A stretch of DNA of 64,000 bases, from NCBI GenBank assembly GCA_045535075.1, contig JAZSKX010000014.1, positions 1 to 64,000 on the forward strand. The letters run 5' to 3'. The first letter of the stretch is position 1. Every line of letters begins with the position of its first letter. Origin of the DNA: Candidatus Spyradenecus sp. GTDB taxonomy: Bacteria; Verrucomicrobiota; Verrucomicrobiia; Opitutales; UBA953. A program made the translations under genes and the position numbers. Under the pieces are notes generated by a model, which ran no database searches, was not told where the DNA came from, and saw only the letters and a program-made list of their open reading frames with translations. This document shows positions 52,448 to 62,458 of this stretch, in pieces.

Positions 52448-52908
52448 AATCGGGAATAAAAACGCAAAGTTTTTAGAACCACGAAAGCGCACGGATTTTT
52501 TACGGTAACGAAACATTGTTTAAAGGAGAACAGGCCGGACGCCTGTTTTTACTTCTTCCAACGCTCTGAAGGAGTGAACATTAACAACCCCATGCGAAGC
52601 GAGCAACGCGAGCGGAGCTTGGGAAGTCGGACAAAACAAAAACCGTGCCGCGCCGGGAACGCGCTTCACCCCTGGCGTTCCCGCAGCGCAATCGCGCAAA
52701 GACTTCCTATACGTGCTTCCGGGCGCTATGACGTCTTTCGTATATTTTGTTCTTGCGAGAAACGGAAATAGTTTATAGCCCTATACCCTATGAACTCGAA
52801 AAGCGGAAGTTTCTCATTGCCCGATGCGGAAAAAGCGTCTCGCAGTTTGTTTTCATCGCATTGTATGTGCGTTGACGGATTGATTGAGCCTTTGAAAAAG
52901 ATTTGATT

Positions 52909-54921
52909 ATGAGTTGCCCGAATTGTCAGAAAAAGAAATCGGAAGTAAGCGTTCCCGCGAAGGGTGAGGGAGCCTGTTGCGGCGGCACGAAGCGTGCGCC
53001 TTCCCGCGAAGCGCTTTGCCTTTGGGTCGCGTTTGCAAGTCTTGTTGCAAGTTTCGCAATTACGTATTTTGAATTGCCGCTTCCCGGCTTTCCACTGAGT
53101 GATCCGGCCTGGATTGCGGTTTTTCTTTGCGGCTTTCCGATTTTGCGAGTCGCTGTTGAATCGCTTTTTCTTTCGAAAAAAATCTCTTCGGCGCTTTTGG
53201 TTTCCGTCGGAATTCTTGCTGCTATCGCATTGCAGTTTTTTATGAGTTTCGGTGCAAATGCTGCGGGAACGCATTGCCACGACAGTTATATTTTCGCCGC
53301 AGGTGAAATCGCGTTTTTGATGGCGCTCGGCGAAATGCTCGAAAATCGGACCTTGCGGAAAACGCGCGAAGGGATTGAGGCTCTCGTACGCGTTTCCCCG
53401 AAGCTGGCGACGCGGATCAAGCCTTGCGGGAACACCGAAAGTATTCCCGTGGAAGCGCTTGAAATCGGCGATTGCGTTGTTGTGCGTTCGGACGAAATGA
53501 TTCCCGTTGACGGTGTCATCGTCGAAGGAACGAGTTCCGTCAATCAGGCTTCGCTGACCGGCGAGGGGCTCCCTCTGGATAAAATGCCGGGCGATACGGT
53601 TTTGGCGGGAACGCGTAACCTCCACGGCGTGCTGACGGTGCGTGTGACGAAGCGTTCCGGCGATACGGCGATTGCGCGCTTGATTCGCCTTGTCGAAGAA
53701 GCCGAAGCGAAAAAAGCGCCGATTCAGCATGTTGCTGATCGCTGGGCATCGAAAATTGTTCCCGCGGCGATTCTTTTTTCAGTGGCGGTTTTCGCATTTG
53801 CGTTTTGGTTTTTAGGTGTCGGCGCGGAAGCGGCGCTTGTTCGCGGGGTAACGATTCTTGTTGTCTTTTGCCCTTGTGCGTTTGCGTTGGCAACACCGAC
53901 TGCGATTGCGGCGGGTATCGGAAATGCGGCGCGTCGCGGAGTGCTTATTAAAAGCGGCGCGGCGCTCGAACGCCTTGCGGAAACGGATACGGCGGTTTTC
54001 GACAAGACGGGAACGCTGACGCGTGCGGAATTGCGCGTGCAGGCGATTTTCCCGGCAAACGGATTTTCTGAAAAAGAAATTTTGGAGTTTTGCGGTGCGG
54101 CGGAGAAACATTCGCAGCATCCGATTGCGCGTGCGATTGTTGCTGCCTGCGGGAATGCGTCGTTGCCGTTTGCGGAAGATTTTAAAACCGAAAACGGAGT
54201 CGGCATTTCCTGCAAAATCGGCGGGAAAAACGTGGAAGTTTCTTCCCGTCGGGCATTGGAAAAATCGCTTTCTCCGGAAGAAGAAGATTTTTCAAACGCA
54301 CATGCGAATCGCGGAGAAAGTCTCGTGTTTCTTGCGATTAACGGGACTCTCTCCGGGATCATTGCGCTTTCGGATACGCTTCGCGAGGGCGTTCCCGCGA
54401 CTGTGCGTTCTCTAAAAAATGCGGGAATTCGTACCGTGATGCTCACGGGAGATAATCGAGCTGCGGGATCGTACGCCGCGAAGCTTGCCGGGGTTGATTC
54501 CGTTTTTTCCGAGTTGCTTCCGGAAGATAAGGCAAATGCCTTGAATCGTTTGCGTAAAGAGGGCGTGCGCGGCTTGCTAATGGTCGGCGACGGCGTGAAT
54601 GACGCGCCCGCGCTTGCGGCGGCGGATTGTTCGGTCGCGATGGGTGCGCTCGGCTCGGAACTTGCCGTCGAGACGGCGGAAATTGCGTTGTTAAACGATC
54701 GTATTGAGTTCGTTCCCGCGCTGATTAAATTTTCGAAAACGGTTTTGCGGACAATTCATTCGAACTTTGCGATTTCGATTCTGATCAATTTGAGCTCGGT
54801 TGTGCTCAGTGCGGCGGGAATTCTTGATCCTGTCAGCGGAGCGCTTGTTCACAATGCGTCGTCGTTGTTGGTCGTGATGAATTCGGCATCGCTGCTCACT
54901 CGGAAATTTGATACACGTTAA
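52909..54921 (+). CDS. Heavy-metal-translocating P1B-type ATPase
   Basis: LTGE, CPC.F.LATP, DKTGTLT, S.HP, MLTGD and GDGVNDAPAL; Cys-rich N-terminus. Confidence 0.93.
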   Translation: MSCPNCQKKKSEVSVPAKGEGACCGGTKRAPSREALCLWVAFASLVASFAITYFELPLPGFPLSDPAWIAVFLCGFPILRVAVESLFLSKKISSALLVSVGILAAIALQFFMSFGANAAGTHCHDSYIFAAGEIAFLMALGEMLENRTLRKTREGIEALVRVSPKLATRIKPCGNTESIPVEALEIGDCVVVRSDEMIPVDGVIVEGTSSVNQASLTGEGLPLDKMPGDTVLAGTRNLHGVLTVRVTKRSGDTAIARLIRLVEEAEAKKAPIQHVADRWASKIVPAAILFSVAVFAFAFWFLGVGAEAALVRGVTILVVFCPCAFALATPTAIAAGIGNAARRGVLIKSGAALERLAETDTAVFDKTGTLTRAELRVQAIFPANGFSEKEILEFCGAAEKHSQHPIARAIVAACGNASLPFAEDFKTENGVGISCKIGGKNVEVSSRRALEKSLSPEEEDFSNAHANRGESLVFLAINGTLSGIIALSDTLREGVPATVRSLKNAGIRTVMLTGDNRAAGSYAAKLAGVDSVFSELLPEDKANALNRLRKEGVRGLLMVGDGVNDAPALAAADCSVAMGALGSELAVETAEIALLNDRIEFVPALIKFSKTVLRTIHSNFAISILINLSSVVLSAAGILDPVSGALVHNASSLLVVMNSASLLTRKFDTR

Positions 54922-54924
54922 GAC

Positions 54925-55254
54925 ATGTCCAAAGAAAAAGCACTTCAGCTGTTTCGTTCTCCGCCGCACAATTACAATTGTGCGCAAACTGTTGCCGCCG
55001 GCTTCGGGAACGAAGATTTTATCGAACCTTTTAAAGCATGCGGCGGCGGGCGCGCTCCCGAAGGGCTTTGCGGTGCGCTTCATGCGGCGATGGAATTGGC
55101 GCCGGAAGCCAAGCGCGCGGAAATTCTTGAGGCGTTTCGCCAAAAAAACGGAGCGATTAGCTGTCGTGAATTGAAGCAAACGTTTCGTGTTCCCTGCCCG
55201 CAGTGCGTTGCCGTTGCCGCCGAGCTTTTGGAAAAAGCGAAAGCCGGTGCGTAA
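54925..55254 (+). CDS. C-GCAxxG-C-C family putative redox protein
   Basis: YNCAQ, GGG...CGAL, G.ISCREL and C..CV pattern. Confidence 0.8.
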   Translation: MSKEKALQLFRSPPHNYNCAQTVAAGFGNEDFIEPFKACGGGRAPEGLCGALHAAMELAPEAKRAEILEAFRQKNGAISCRELKQTFRVPCPQCVAVAAELLEKAKAGA

Positions 55255-55305
55255 GCGCTTTTCTTTTGATTCGAGCCGCGGGAACGCGCATACTCAGCAA
55301 TCACT

Positions 55306-55878
55306 ATGAATCCCGAAATCCAAGAAGAAGTTCTCAATATTTTCAAAGAAAGCGGCGCATTATTGTCCGGACATTTTATTTTGCGCAGCGGATTGCACAG
55401 CGCGAATTATTTTCAGTGTGCGCAGGTTTGCCAATACATGGACAAGGTTTCGCGTCTTGTTGAATTGCTTTTGCCGAAGCTGAAAGATCTTGGTGTCGAA
55501 ACCGTACTTGCTCCCGCAATGGGCGGCTTGGTTGTCGGTCAGGAAATTGCGCGTCAACTCGGTGTCCGCTTTATTTTTGCGGAAAAAGAAGACAACAAGC
55601 TGGTGCTTCGTCGTAATTTTAAAATTGCCCCCGGCGAAAAAATTCTTGTCGCCGAAGACGTGGTTACGCGCGGCGGTCGCGTCATCGAATGCGCGGATAT
55701 TATCAAGGCTTGGGGCGGTGTTCCCGTCGCCTGCGCGATGCTTGTCGATCGTTCCGCCGGAAACGCGACGCTTCCGATGCCGGCAGTTTCCCTGCTTGAA
55801 CTCTCGTTCCCGACTTATCAGCCGGATGCGCTCCCGCCGGAGCTTGCGGCGATTCCCGCCGTTCATCCCGGGTCTTAA
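55306..55878 (+). CDS. pyrE: Orotate phosphoribosyltransferase
   Basis: GHF.L.SG.HS..Y.Q, PAMGG and VAEDVVTRGG PRPP motif. Confidence 0.93.
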   Translation: MNPEIQEEVLNIFKESGALLSGHFILRSGLHSANYFQCAQVCQYMDKVSRLVELLLPKLKDLGVETVLAPAMGGLVVGQEIARQLGVRFIFAEKEDNKLVLRRNFKIAPGEKILVAEDVVTRGGRVIECADIIKAWGGVPVACAMLVDRSAGNATLPMPAVSLLELSFPTYQPDALPPELAAIPAVHPGS

Positions 55879-55891
55879 ATTGTTTTTCGAC

Positions 55892-55928
55892 AAAAAGCCG
55901 TTCCCGCAACAAGCGGAAACGGCTTTTT
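55892..55928. terminator. Bidirectional terminator (pyrE / ruvC): one exact and one variant motif
   Basis: aaaaagccgttcccgc-aacaa-gcggaaacggcttttt. Confidence 0.8.
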
Positions 55929-56563
55929 TAATTTTCGCGGAAAGTGTAGGCGTGGCAAAGCGCGGCGGCGGCGGCATCGGATTCGTCAAACGGAAGTGTT
56001 TCGCTCAAATGAAGAATCTGCTTTGTCATGCCGGCGACTTGCGCTTTTCCCGCACGCCCGAATCCGACGACTGCCTGTTTGATGCGCAAAGGCGGATACT
56101 CGAAAACCGGTTTGCCGATAACGTTTGCTGCCGCAATCGCCGCGCCGCGAGCCGCACCGAGGACTTGAGCGACTTTGAAGTTGTTGACGTAAATGGTTTC
56201 TTCGAGCGCAACGTGGCGAATCGGATATTCGTGGCAACAGTCCGAGCAAAGTTTGTAGATTTCGCCGAGGCAATCGGCGAGCGGGAGCGTCGGCTTGAGG
56301 CGAAGTGTTCGGGAAAAATAAAGCTTCGGGTCTTCGTGTAATGAAAACTTAACTACGGCAAATCCGCTCCCGCGCAAGCTCGGGTCGATGCCGAGAACGA
56401 ACCCTTCGTAGGGAAGGCGTTTGCCCGGAATGATTTCAGCGTTGCGGTGTTTCTCGGGAAGGCGCTCGATTAAATTATTGCGTGCATTCTGCGGTGCGCT
56501 GTTTTTTGAGGCGTTCCCGCCGCCGAGAATTTTCTGAGTCCAAAGGTTGCGAGCCGACGGCAT
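55928..56563 (-). CDS. ruvC: Holliday junction resolvase RuvC with N-terminal extension
   Basis: VLGIDP, ALEE, LGAARG, EY.P..IKQAVVG.GRA.K.QV and DESDA.A.ALCH. Confidence 0.92.
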   Translation of the reverse strand: MPSARNLWTQKILGGGNASKNSAPQNARNNLIERLPEKHRNAEIIPGKRLPYEGFVLGIDPSLRGSGFAVVKFSLHEDPKLYFSRTLRLKPTLPLADCLGEIYKLCSDCCHEYPIRHVALEETIYVNNFKVAQVLGAARGAAIAAANVIGKPVFEYPPLRIKQAVVGFGRAGKAQVAGMTKQILHLSETLPFDESDAAAAALCHAYTFREN

Positions 56564-56564
56564 T

Positions 56565-57443
56565 TTACGAAATCCGTTTTTGCATTTGGGAAATTAATGC
56601 GATGAGAAAATCCGTGTTCCCGCCGATTTTTTTGCATGTTTCGGTCGCATGCTCGGAAAGCGCGTTTGCGCGTTCCCGCGATTTTTGTATTCCGTGAAAG
56701 CGCGGATAGGTGAGCTTGCGGTTTTCGAGGTCGGCGCGAACGGGTTTTCCCATTGTCTCCGCGTCGCCGGTTTCGTCTAAAATATCGTCGATAATTTGAA
56801 AGGCGATGCCGATGTCGTGTCCGATTTCGCGGGCGGATTTTCGTATCTCGTCAGGCGCATTTCCGAGGACGAAGCCCATTTCGACTGCGGCAGTAATGAG
56901 CGCGGCGGTCTTGTTTTCGTGGATGAAATCGAGCCGTTCGGCGGAGGCTTCGCCGCGTTCGCCTATCATGTCTTCGACTTGCCCGCCGATGAGTTCCCGC
57001 GAGCCGGCGGCTTTGCCGAGAATGCGGATGAGTTTTACCGCGAGCTCCGGTTTGTCGGCGTAAGCGTCCGCAAGCAGAGTAAGCGCGTGCGTGAGCAGGG
57101 CATCGCCGGCGAGTAGGGCAATCGGTTCGTCGAATGCCTTGTGGCAAGTCGGTTTTCCGCGCCGCAAATCCGAATTATCCATGCAGGGCAAATCGTCGTG
57201 GATCAGCGAATACGTGTGCAGGCATTCGACGGCGACGGCGGCGGGAAGCGGGTTGTTTTCTGAAGGGAAAATTTCAAATGCGGCAAGCAGAAGAATCGGG
57301 CGAATACGTTTCCCGCCCGCATTTAAGCTGTAATTCATGGCGCGGTGCAGCAGAGCGGGGCGCGTGGTTTCTGCGGGAACGTATTGCGCGAAGGCATGTT
57401 CGATGCGAGCGGCGTATTCTTTGACTTTTTCGGAGATCGACAT
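56565..57443 (-). CDS. ispA: Polyprenyl (farnesyl/geranylgeranyl) diphosphate synthase
   Basis: GGKRIRP, HTYSLIHDDLPCMD..D.RRGKPT.H, KTAAL and FQI.DDILD. Confidence 0.92.
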   Translation of the reverse strand: MSISEKVKEYAARIEHAFAQYVPAETTRPALLHRAMNYSLNAGGKRIRPILLLAAFEIFPSENNPLPAAVAVECLHTYSLIHDDLPCMDNSDLRRGKPTCHKAFDEPIALLAGDALLTHALTLLADAYADKPELAVKLIRILGKAAGSRELIGGQVEDMIGERGEASAERLDFIHENKTAALITAAVEMGFVLGNAPDEIRKSAREIGHDIGIAFQIIDDILDETGDAETMGKPVRADLENRKLTYPRFHGIQKSRERANALSEHATETCKKIGGNTDFLIALISQMQKRIS

Positions 57444-57568
57444 ACATAAATGGAAAAACCGGAAGCCGCGAAAGGCGAGAAAAATTTCGCCGTAAAATAG
57501 GCAGTCCGGAGGGAAGAGGAGGGGAAAAATTTGCTATTTCGGGGAAAAATCGTTGCAATGGACAAATT

Positions 57569-58033
57569 ATGGCAAAAGTAGACTTGGATATTTTACAACT
57601 CGTTCTGGCACGCAATAACGTCGATGCGCGTATGACGGCGAAAATTATTTCCGAAATTCAGGAGGAAATTAAGCTCGAACAGATGGAAAACAAAGAAAAC
57701 AAGGTTCCCGCCGCGAAGAAAAAATATGTTTTCGTCGCTTGCGACCCGAACGGCGTCTTGGAAGATCAGGAGCTGACCGGCTATGTCGTGCAAATTCCTG
57801 AAGATGAAAGCGAATTTACCGCGACGGAAAAAATTACGGTCGCCGCCTACGAATACAACCGCACGCGCAAAGGGCGACGCAATCCCGTGAAAACGATTGC
57901 CGAAGCTTGCGAGTTCGTTCCCGCAAAATTTTTCAAGGATCAAAATGTTTGGGTGAAAAACAAAGAAGCCGCTTTCCTGCTTCCGACGGACAATATCATT
58001 CCGACCGAAACCAAGCTGAAATCCTTCGAATAA
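57569..58033 (+). CDS. Hypothetical protein
   Basis: Clean 154-aa ORF with host-like codon usage, its own upstream intergenic region and a downstream terminator. Confidence 0.75.
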   Translation: MAKVDLDILQLVLARNNVDARMTAKIISEIQEEIKLEQMENKENKVPAAKKKYVFVACDPNGVLEDQELTGYVVQIPEDESEFTATEKITVAAYEYNRTRKGRRNPVKTIAEACEFVPAKFFKDQNVWVKNKEAAFLLPTDNIIPTETKLKSFE

Positions 58034-58051
58034 TCTAACGAAAAATCGTAC

Positions 58052-58093
58052 AAAAAAGCGTTCCCGTGAAGTTTATCACGGGAACGCTTTTTT
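58052..58093. terminator. Bidirectional terminator made of an inverted ACGGGAACG pair
   Basis: aaaaaagcgttcccgtga-agttta-tcacgggaacgctttttt. Confidence 0.88.
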
Positions 58094-58112
58094 TAGGCTC
58101 TAAGCCTTAATC

Positions 58113-59129
58113 TTAGCCTTCGTAGCCGTTCGGATTCATCGACTGCCACTTCCAGCTGGACGCGCACATGTCGTCGAGCGTATGCGTGGCTTCCCAGCCG
58201 AGAAGTTCCTTGGCGTATTTCGGGTCGGCGTAGCATTCCGGAGCATCGCCCGGGCGGCGCGGCGCAATCGCATACGGAATGTCTTTTCCGCAGGCTTTGG
58301 AAAACGCTTTAATCATTTCGAGGACGGAATAGCCCGTTCCCGTGCCGAGATTGACGGTGTAAATTTCACCCGGCGTTTTTTCGAGCTTCTTGAGCGCGGC
58401 GAGGTGCCCGCGAGCGAGGTCGACGACGTGGATGTAGTCGCGAACGCCCGTGCCGTCTTTCGTCGGGTAGTCATCGCCGAAGACGTTGACCTTCGGGAGG
58501 CGACCGACGGCGACTTGCGCGATGTAGGGCATGAGGTTGTTCGGAATGCCGTTCGGGTTTTCGCCGATGCGTCCCGACGGGTGCGCGCCGACGGGATTGA
58601 AGTAGCGCAGAAGCACGACGCCGAGATCCGGTTCCGCAGCCTTGACGTCGGAAATGACGCGTTCGAGGAAGAGCTTTGTTGCGCCGTAAGGATTGAGCGC
58701 TCCCGTGGAGCAACCTTCGTCCAGCGGTACTTTTTCCGGCATACCGTAAACCGTTGCCGAGGAGGAAAACACGATGTTGCGGCAACCGTATTTTTTCATC
58801 AAATCGAGCAGGTTGAACGTTCCCGTCATGTTGTTGTGGTAGTAGAACAACGGCTTGGCGACGGATTCGCCGACGGCTTTCAGCCCTGCAAAGTGGATGA
58901 CGGCGTCAAATTTATGCGTTTTGAAAACTTCTTCAAGAGCCGCGTAGTCGAGCAAATCGACTTTGTGGAATTCCGGCGTCTTGCCCGCGAGTTCCGCGCC
59001 GCGTTTGACGGCTTCTTCCTGCGAGTTGTAAAGGTTGTCGACAATCGTGATGTCGTAGCCTGCCTGGAGCAGTTCGATGACGGTGTGCGTGCCGATGTAG
59101 CCGGCGCCTCCGGTAACGAGAATTCTCAT
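58113..59129 (-). CDS. galE: UDP-glucose 4-epimerase
   Basis: [40 protein letters not shown] and [11 protein letters not shown]. Confidence 0.96.
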   Translation of the reverse strand: MRILVTGGAGYIGTHTVIELLQAGYDITIVDNLYNSQEEAVKRGAELAGKTPEFHKVDLLDYAALEEVFKTHKFDAVIHFAGLKAVGESVAKPLFYYHNNMTGTFNLLDLMKKYGCRNIVFSSSATVYGMPEKVPLDEGCSTGALNPYGATKLFLERVISDVKAAEPDLGVVLLRYFNPVGAHPSGRIGENPNGIPNNLMPYIAQVAVGRLPKVNVFGDDYPTKDGTGVRDYIHVVDLARGHLAALKKLEKTPGEIYTVNLGTGTGYSVLEMIKAFSKACGKDIPYAIAPRRPGDAPECYADPKYAKELLGWEATHTLDDMCASSWKWQSMNPNGYEG

Positions 59130-59271
59130 AATATTTTTGTGTTGTGGGTTAATTGGAAAAGAAGTTCCCACTGCGGGAACGAATGGGGATTCTATGCTTC
59201 AAAAGCTTGTTCCTACAAGTCTATTTTCGGAATGGATCGCACGGGAACGGCGTTTGTGTTATGATTCGCGC

Positions 59272-60093
59272 ATGCAAGAAAATCACGGAAATTTCAGAGA
59301 TGTTTTTCTTTACGGAAAGGCTGCCGTTCAAGCGGCTTTCAAGTTTCGGCGGATTGCGATTGAAAAACTTTTTTTAACGGCGGAAAACCATAAGACGTTT
59401 TCCGAGCTTTGCTCTTGGCTTGCTTCCGAGCGGCGTCCGTATGAGTCGCAGGATTTCAACGCGCTTTCCCGCATGGTCGGAAGTACAAAGCACGAAGGCG
59501 TTGTTGCGATTACACGTCGTCCCGTTCCCGCGAGCATTCGTCCCGTTATGCGGGATGAATGGCATGCCGCCGGAGAGAAAATTCTTTTTATCGACGGTGT
59601 CGAAGATGCCGCGGAGCTTGCCCGTCTGGCGCACGTTGCGGCGGTTTGCGGAATTTCCCGTTTGATCGTTTCCGAAAATGCCGTTCCCGCATTGATGAGT
59701 GCGGACGCATGGAGCCTTTCGGCAGGAGCGTTAGATGTGCTCAAAATTTATTCCACGGAATCGATGGCAGGATTACTTCGCATGATGCGTGAAAAATTCT
59801 TCATCGTCGGTGCGGTGCGTGAAGGCGGGCGCCGTATTGATTATTCCAAGCCGATTGCGTTTCCCGGGCATCCGGTGGCGCTTTATGTCAGCGGGGATTC
59901 CAACGGTGTTCCCGCTGATTTGGTTGCTCGATTCGATTATTTACTCCACATTGCGGAACCGACGGATGCGTTTTTCCGCTATTCGCCTTCGGAGATTGCG
60001 ACACACTTGCTTCCGTGGCTGAACGCCAAAATCAAGAAACCCGGCGAAGGATTTTTTGCCCGGAAAAAAGAACGCTCCGGAAAACGTAATTAA
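59272..60093 (+). CDS. TrmH/SpoU-family (RlmB/YfiF-like) protein with degenerate catalytic motifs
   Basis: N-terminal substrate-binding domain (LYG..AV, GS..HEGVVA) and SPOUT-like C-terminus (IDGVED, SAGA). Confidence 0.65.
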   Translation: MQENHGNFRDVFLYGKAAVQAAFKFRRIAIEKLFLTAENHKTFSELCSWLASERRPYESQDFNALSRMVGSTKHEGVVAITRRPVPASIRPVMRDEWHAAGEKILFIDGVEDAAELARLAHVAAVCGISRLIVSENAVPALMSADAWSLSAGALDVLKIYSTESMAGLLRMMREKFFIVGAVREGGRRIDYSKPIAFPGHPVALYVSGDSNGVPADLVARFDYLLHIAEPTDAFFRYSPSEIATHLLPWLNAKIKKPGEGFFARKKERSGKRN

Positions 60094-60107
60094 ATTTTAC
60101 AAACAAA

Positions 60108-61538
60108 ATGTTAAACGGCGCATTTGTCGAAAAAACGCTTGGCGCGAAATGGCGCGGCGGGAACGTTCCCGGAAAAATCGCGGGCGCGGCAATTGATACG
60201 CGGAAAATTCTTCCCGGCGAAATTTTTATCGCCATCAAAACCGGAAATCGCGACGGGCACGATTTCCTCGAAACGGCGCGGGAACGCGGCGCGGCGGGAG
60301 CGCTCGTCTCGCGTTTTGTTCCTGAAGTCGCGCTTCCGCAAATTGTCGTTCCCGACACTGTCGCGGCTCTGCAGAAGCTCGCGGCGGCGCATCGCATCGA
60401 AAATTTCCGCGTCGGGAAAACGGTTTTCGGCGTTACGGGAAGCGTCGGGAAAACTTCGACGAAGGATTTACTCGCGCTGATTTTGTCGCAGGAAGCACCG
60501 ACCTTGGCGACGGAGAAAAATTTGAACAACACGCTCGGCGTTCCGCTTACGCTTTTGAAAATAAATCCGGGAGTCCACCGCTTTGCTGTGGTTGAATCGG
60601 GCATGAGCGTTCCCGGCGAACTTGGAGTCTCCGCGCAAATGATTTTTCCGGATGTCGCGTTGGTTACCAATGTCAAGCCGGCGCATCTCGAAGGCTTGGG
60701 CACAATGGAAAACATCGCGCGGGAAAAAGCCTCGCTCGCGGCGGATGTTCACGACGGGAGCGTGATTTTCAATGCGGATTTGTTGCAATACGAAAGTTTC
60801 CGAAAGATTCGCGCGGCATTTGCCGATGTGCTTTCCCGCAATGCGGAAGAAGCGACGCTTACAGAATCATGGAAGCAAAGCGATGAATTCGGAATCGCTT
60901 ATTTTGCGGATAGCGTCGCTTGCGAAATTCTGGATGCGGGAAATAATGTATTTTATTTAAAAATACAGGCGACGCACGAAAAGAAAGGTGTTTTTACCGT
61001 GCGGAACGTTTCGCGCGGCTTGGCGGAAAACGCGGCTTTGGCGATTCAGGCTGCGAGCGAATTCGTTTCGCCGGAAAAAATTCAGGCGGCACTTGATGCG
61101 TGGAAGCCGTCTGCAAATCGCGGCGAGGTGCGGGAACGCGCGTGCGGCGGAAAAATTTTTGTCGATTGCTACAATGCGTCTCCGGCATCGATGCTGGATT
61201 CGGCGGATGCTTTTGCGAAGCGTTTTGCGGGAACTCCGGAAATGCCGCGCCTTTTCGTGCTCGGCGGCATGGGAGAACTGGGGGAAACTTCGGAAGCCCT
61301 TCATCGCGAAGTCGGCGAAAAATTGCCGCTTTGTGCGGAGACGGATTTTCTTGCGCTTTTCGGCGGGAACGCCGCGCAAATCGGGCAGGGCGCAATCGCG
61401 GCGGGCTTTCCGCGGGAACGCGTGCGCGTGTTTGCGGATATTGACGCGCTTCGCGAATTCATCGCCGCGTTTCGCGGGAACGTCATGCTCAAAGGCTCGC
61501 GCGCTTTTGCCCTCGAGCGAGCAATCCCGGAGAATTAA
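60108..61538 (+). CDS. murF: UDP-N-acetylmuramoyl-tripeptide--D-Ala-D-Ala ligase
   Basis: IDTR, DGHDF, GVTGSVGKTSTK, NLNN.LGVP.T, AHLE, D.YNASP.SM, LG.M.ELG and KGSR. Confidence 0.94.
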   Translation: MLNGAFVEKTLGAKWRGGNVPGKIAGAAIDTRKILPGEIFIAIKTGNRDGHDFLETARERGAAGALVSRFVPEVALPQIVVPDTVAALQKLAAAHRIENFRVGKTVFGVTGSVGKTSTKDLLALILSQEAPTLATEKNLNNTLGVPLTLLKINPGVHRFAVVESGMSVPGELGVSAQMIFPDVALVTNVKPAHLEGLGTMENIAREKASLAADVHDGSVIFNADLLQYESFRKIRAAFADVLSRNAEEATLTESWKQSDEFGIAYFADSVACEILDAGNNVFYLKIQATHEKKGVFTVRNVSRGLAENAALAIQAASEFVSPEKIQAALDAWKPSANRGEVRERACGGKIFVDCYNASPASMLDSADAFAKRFAGTPEMPRLFVLGGMGELGETSEALHREVGEKLPLCAETDFLALFGGNAAQIGQGAIAAGFPRERVRVFADIDALREFIAAFRGNVMLKGSRAFALERAIPEN

Positions 61539-61566
61539 GCCCTGCGAAATTTCGTCCTCCGGATAC

Positions 61567-61610
61567 AAAAGGACGCTCCCGCGAGAAATTCTGCGGGAGC
61601 GTCTTTCTTT
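61567..61610. terminator. Bidirectional terminator (murF / sdhB) made of a variant motif pair GCGGGAGCG
   Basis: aaggacgctcccgc-gagaaattct-gcgggagcgtcttt. Confidence 0.8.
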
Positions 61611-61629
61611 TAGACTCTAAACCTTTTGA

Positions 61630-62424
61630 TTAGGCTTTGACTTTTTTGCCGGTGGTCTTGAAGAGCTTCTTGACCGAGGCTACGGCGTAGTCGCGATTCA
61701 TCTTTGCGATGAAGTCGAGCGTTTGTCCTTTCGGGCAAACCGCTTGGCATTCGCCGAGGTTGGAGCAGTTACCGAATCCGGCTTCGTCCATTGCCTTGAC
61801 CATTGCGAGAACGCGTTTGTCCTTTTCAGGCTGTCCCTGCGGGAGCGAGTTGAGCTGCGTAACTTTCGAGGAAACGAAGAGCATCGCGGAAGCGTTTTTA
61901 CACGCAGCAACGCAAGCACCGCAACCGATGCATTCCGCAGCGTCCATCGCCGTGTCGGCGACTTCCTTCGGAATCGGCATGATGTTTGCGTCAATCGCGG
62001 AACCCGTGCGCACGGAAACGAAGCCGCCCGCCTGGATGATCTTGTCAAACGCCGTGCGATCAACGATGAGGTCGCGAATAACCGGGAACGGTTTTGCGCG
62101 CCAAGGCTCAATCGTGACGGTTTCGCCGTCCTTGAAGTGGCGCATGTGAAGCTGGCAGGTCGTTACGCCCGGGAGCGGACCGTGCGGCATCCCGTTAATC
62201 GTCATTGAGCACATCCCGCAAATGCCTTCGCGGCAGTCGTGGTCGAATGCGATCGGTTCTTTGCCTTGGGCGACGAGATCTTCATTGAGAATGTCAAGCA
62301 TTTCAAGGAAGGACGATCCCGTGGAGACATTCGAAACCTTGTGGGTTTCGAAGTAGCCTTGGGTGTTTGCGTCTTTTTGGCGCCAAACCTTGATTGTAAG
62401 AGAAATCGTTTTTTCTTCGGACAT
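61630..62424 (-). CDS. sdhB: Succinate dehydrogenase/fumarate reductase iron-sulfur subunit
   Basis: [21 protein letters not shown]...C and FGNCSN.GEC...CPK. Confidence 0.95.
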   Translation of the reverse strand: MSEEKTISLTIKVWRQKDANTQGYFETHKVSNVSTGSSFLEMLDILNEDLVAQGKEPIAFDHDCREGICGMCSMTINGMPHGPLPGVTTCQLHMRHFKDGETVTIEPWRAKPFPVIRDLIVDRTAFDKIIQAGGFVSVRTGSAIDANIMPIPKEVADTAMDAAECIGCGACVAACKNASAMLFVSSKVTQLNSLPQGQPEKDKRVLAMVKAMDEAGFGNCSNLGECQAVCPKGQTLDFIAKMNRDYAVASVKKLFKTTGKKVKA

Positions 62425-62458
62425 GATTTATTCCTTATCTTTAAGCATTAAGCTCTCA

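Noticed and set aside
58094..58120. Short TAAGCCT-like heptamer repeats (also near 18030-18050, 34930 and 61611)
   Set aside because: Only 2-3 degenerate copies per site; too weak to call an element.
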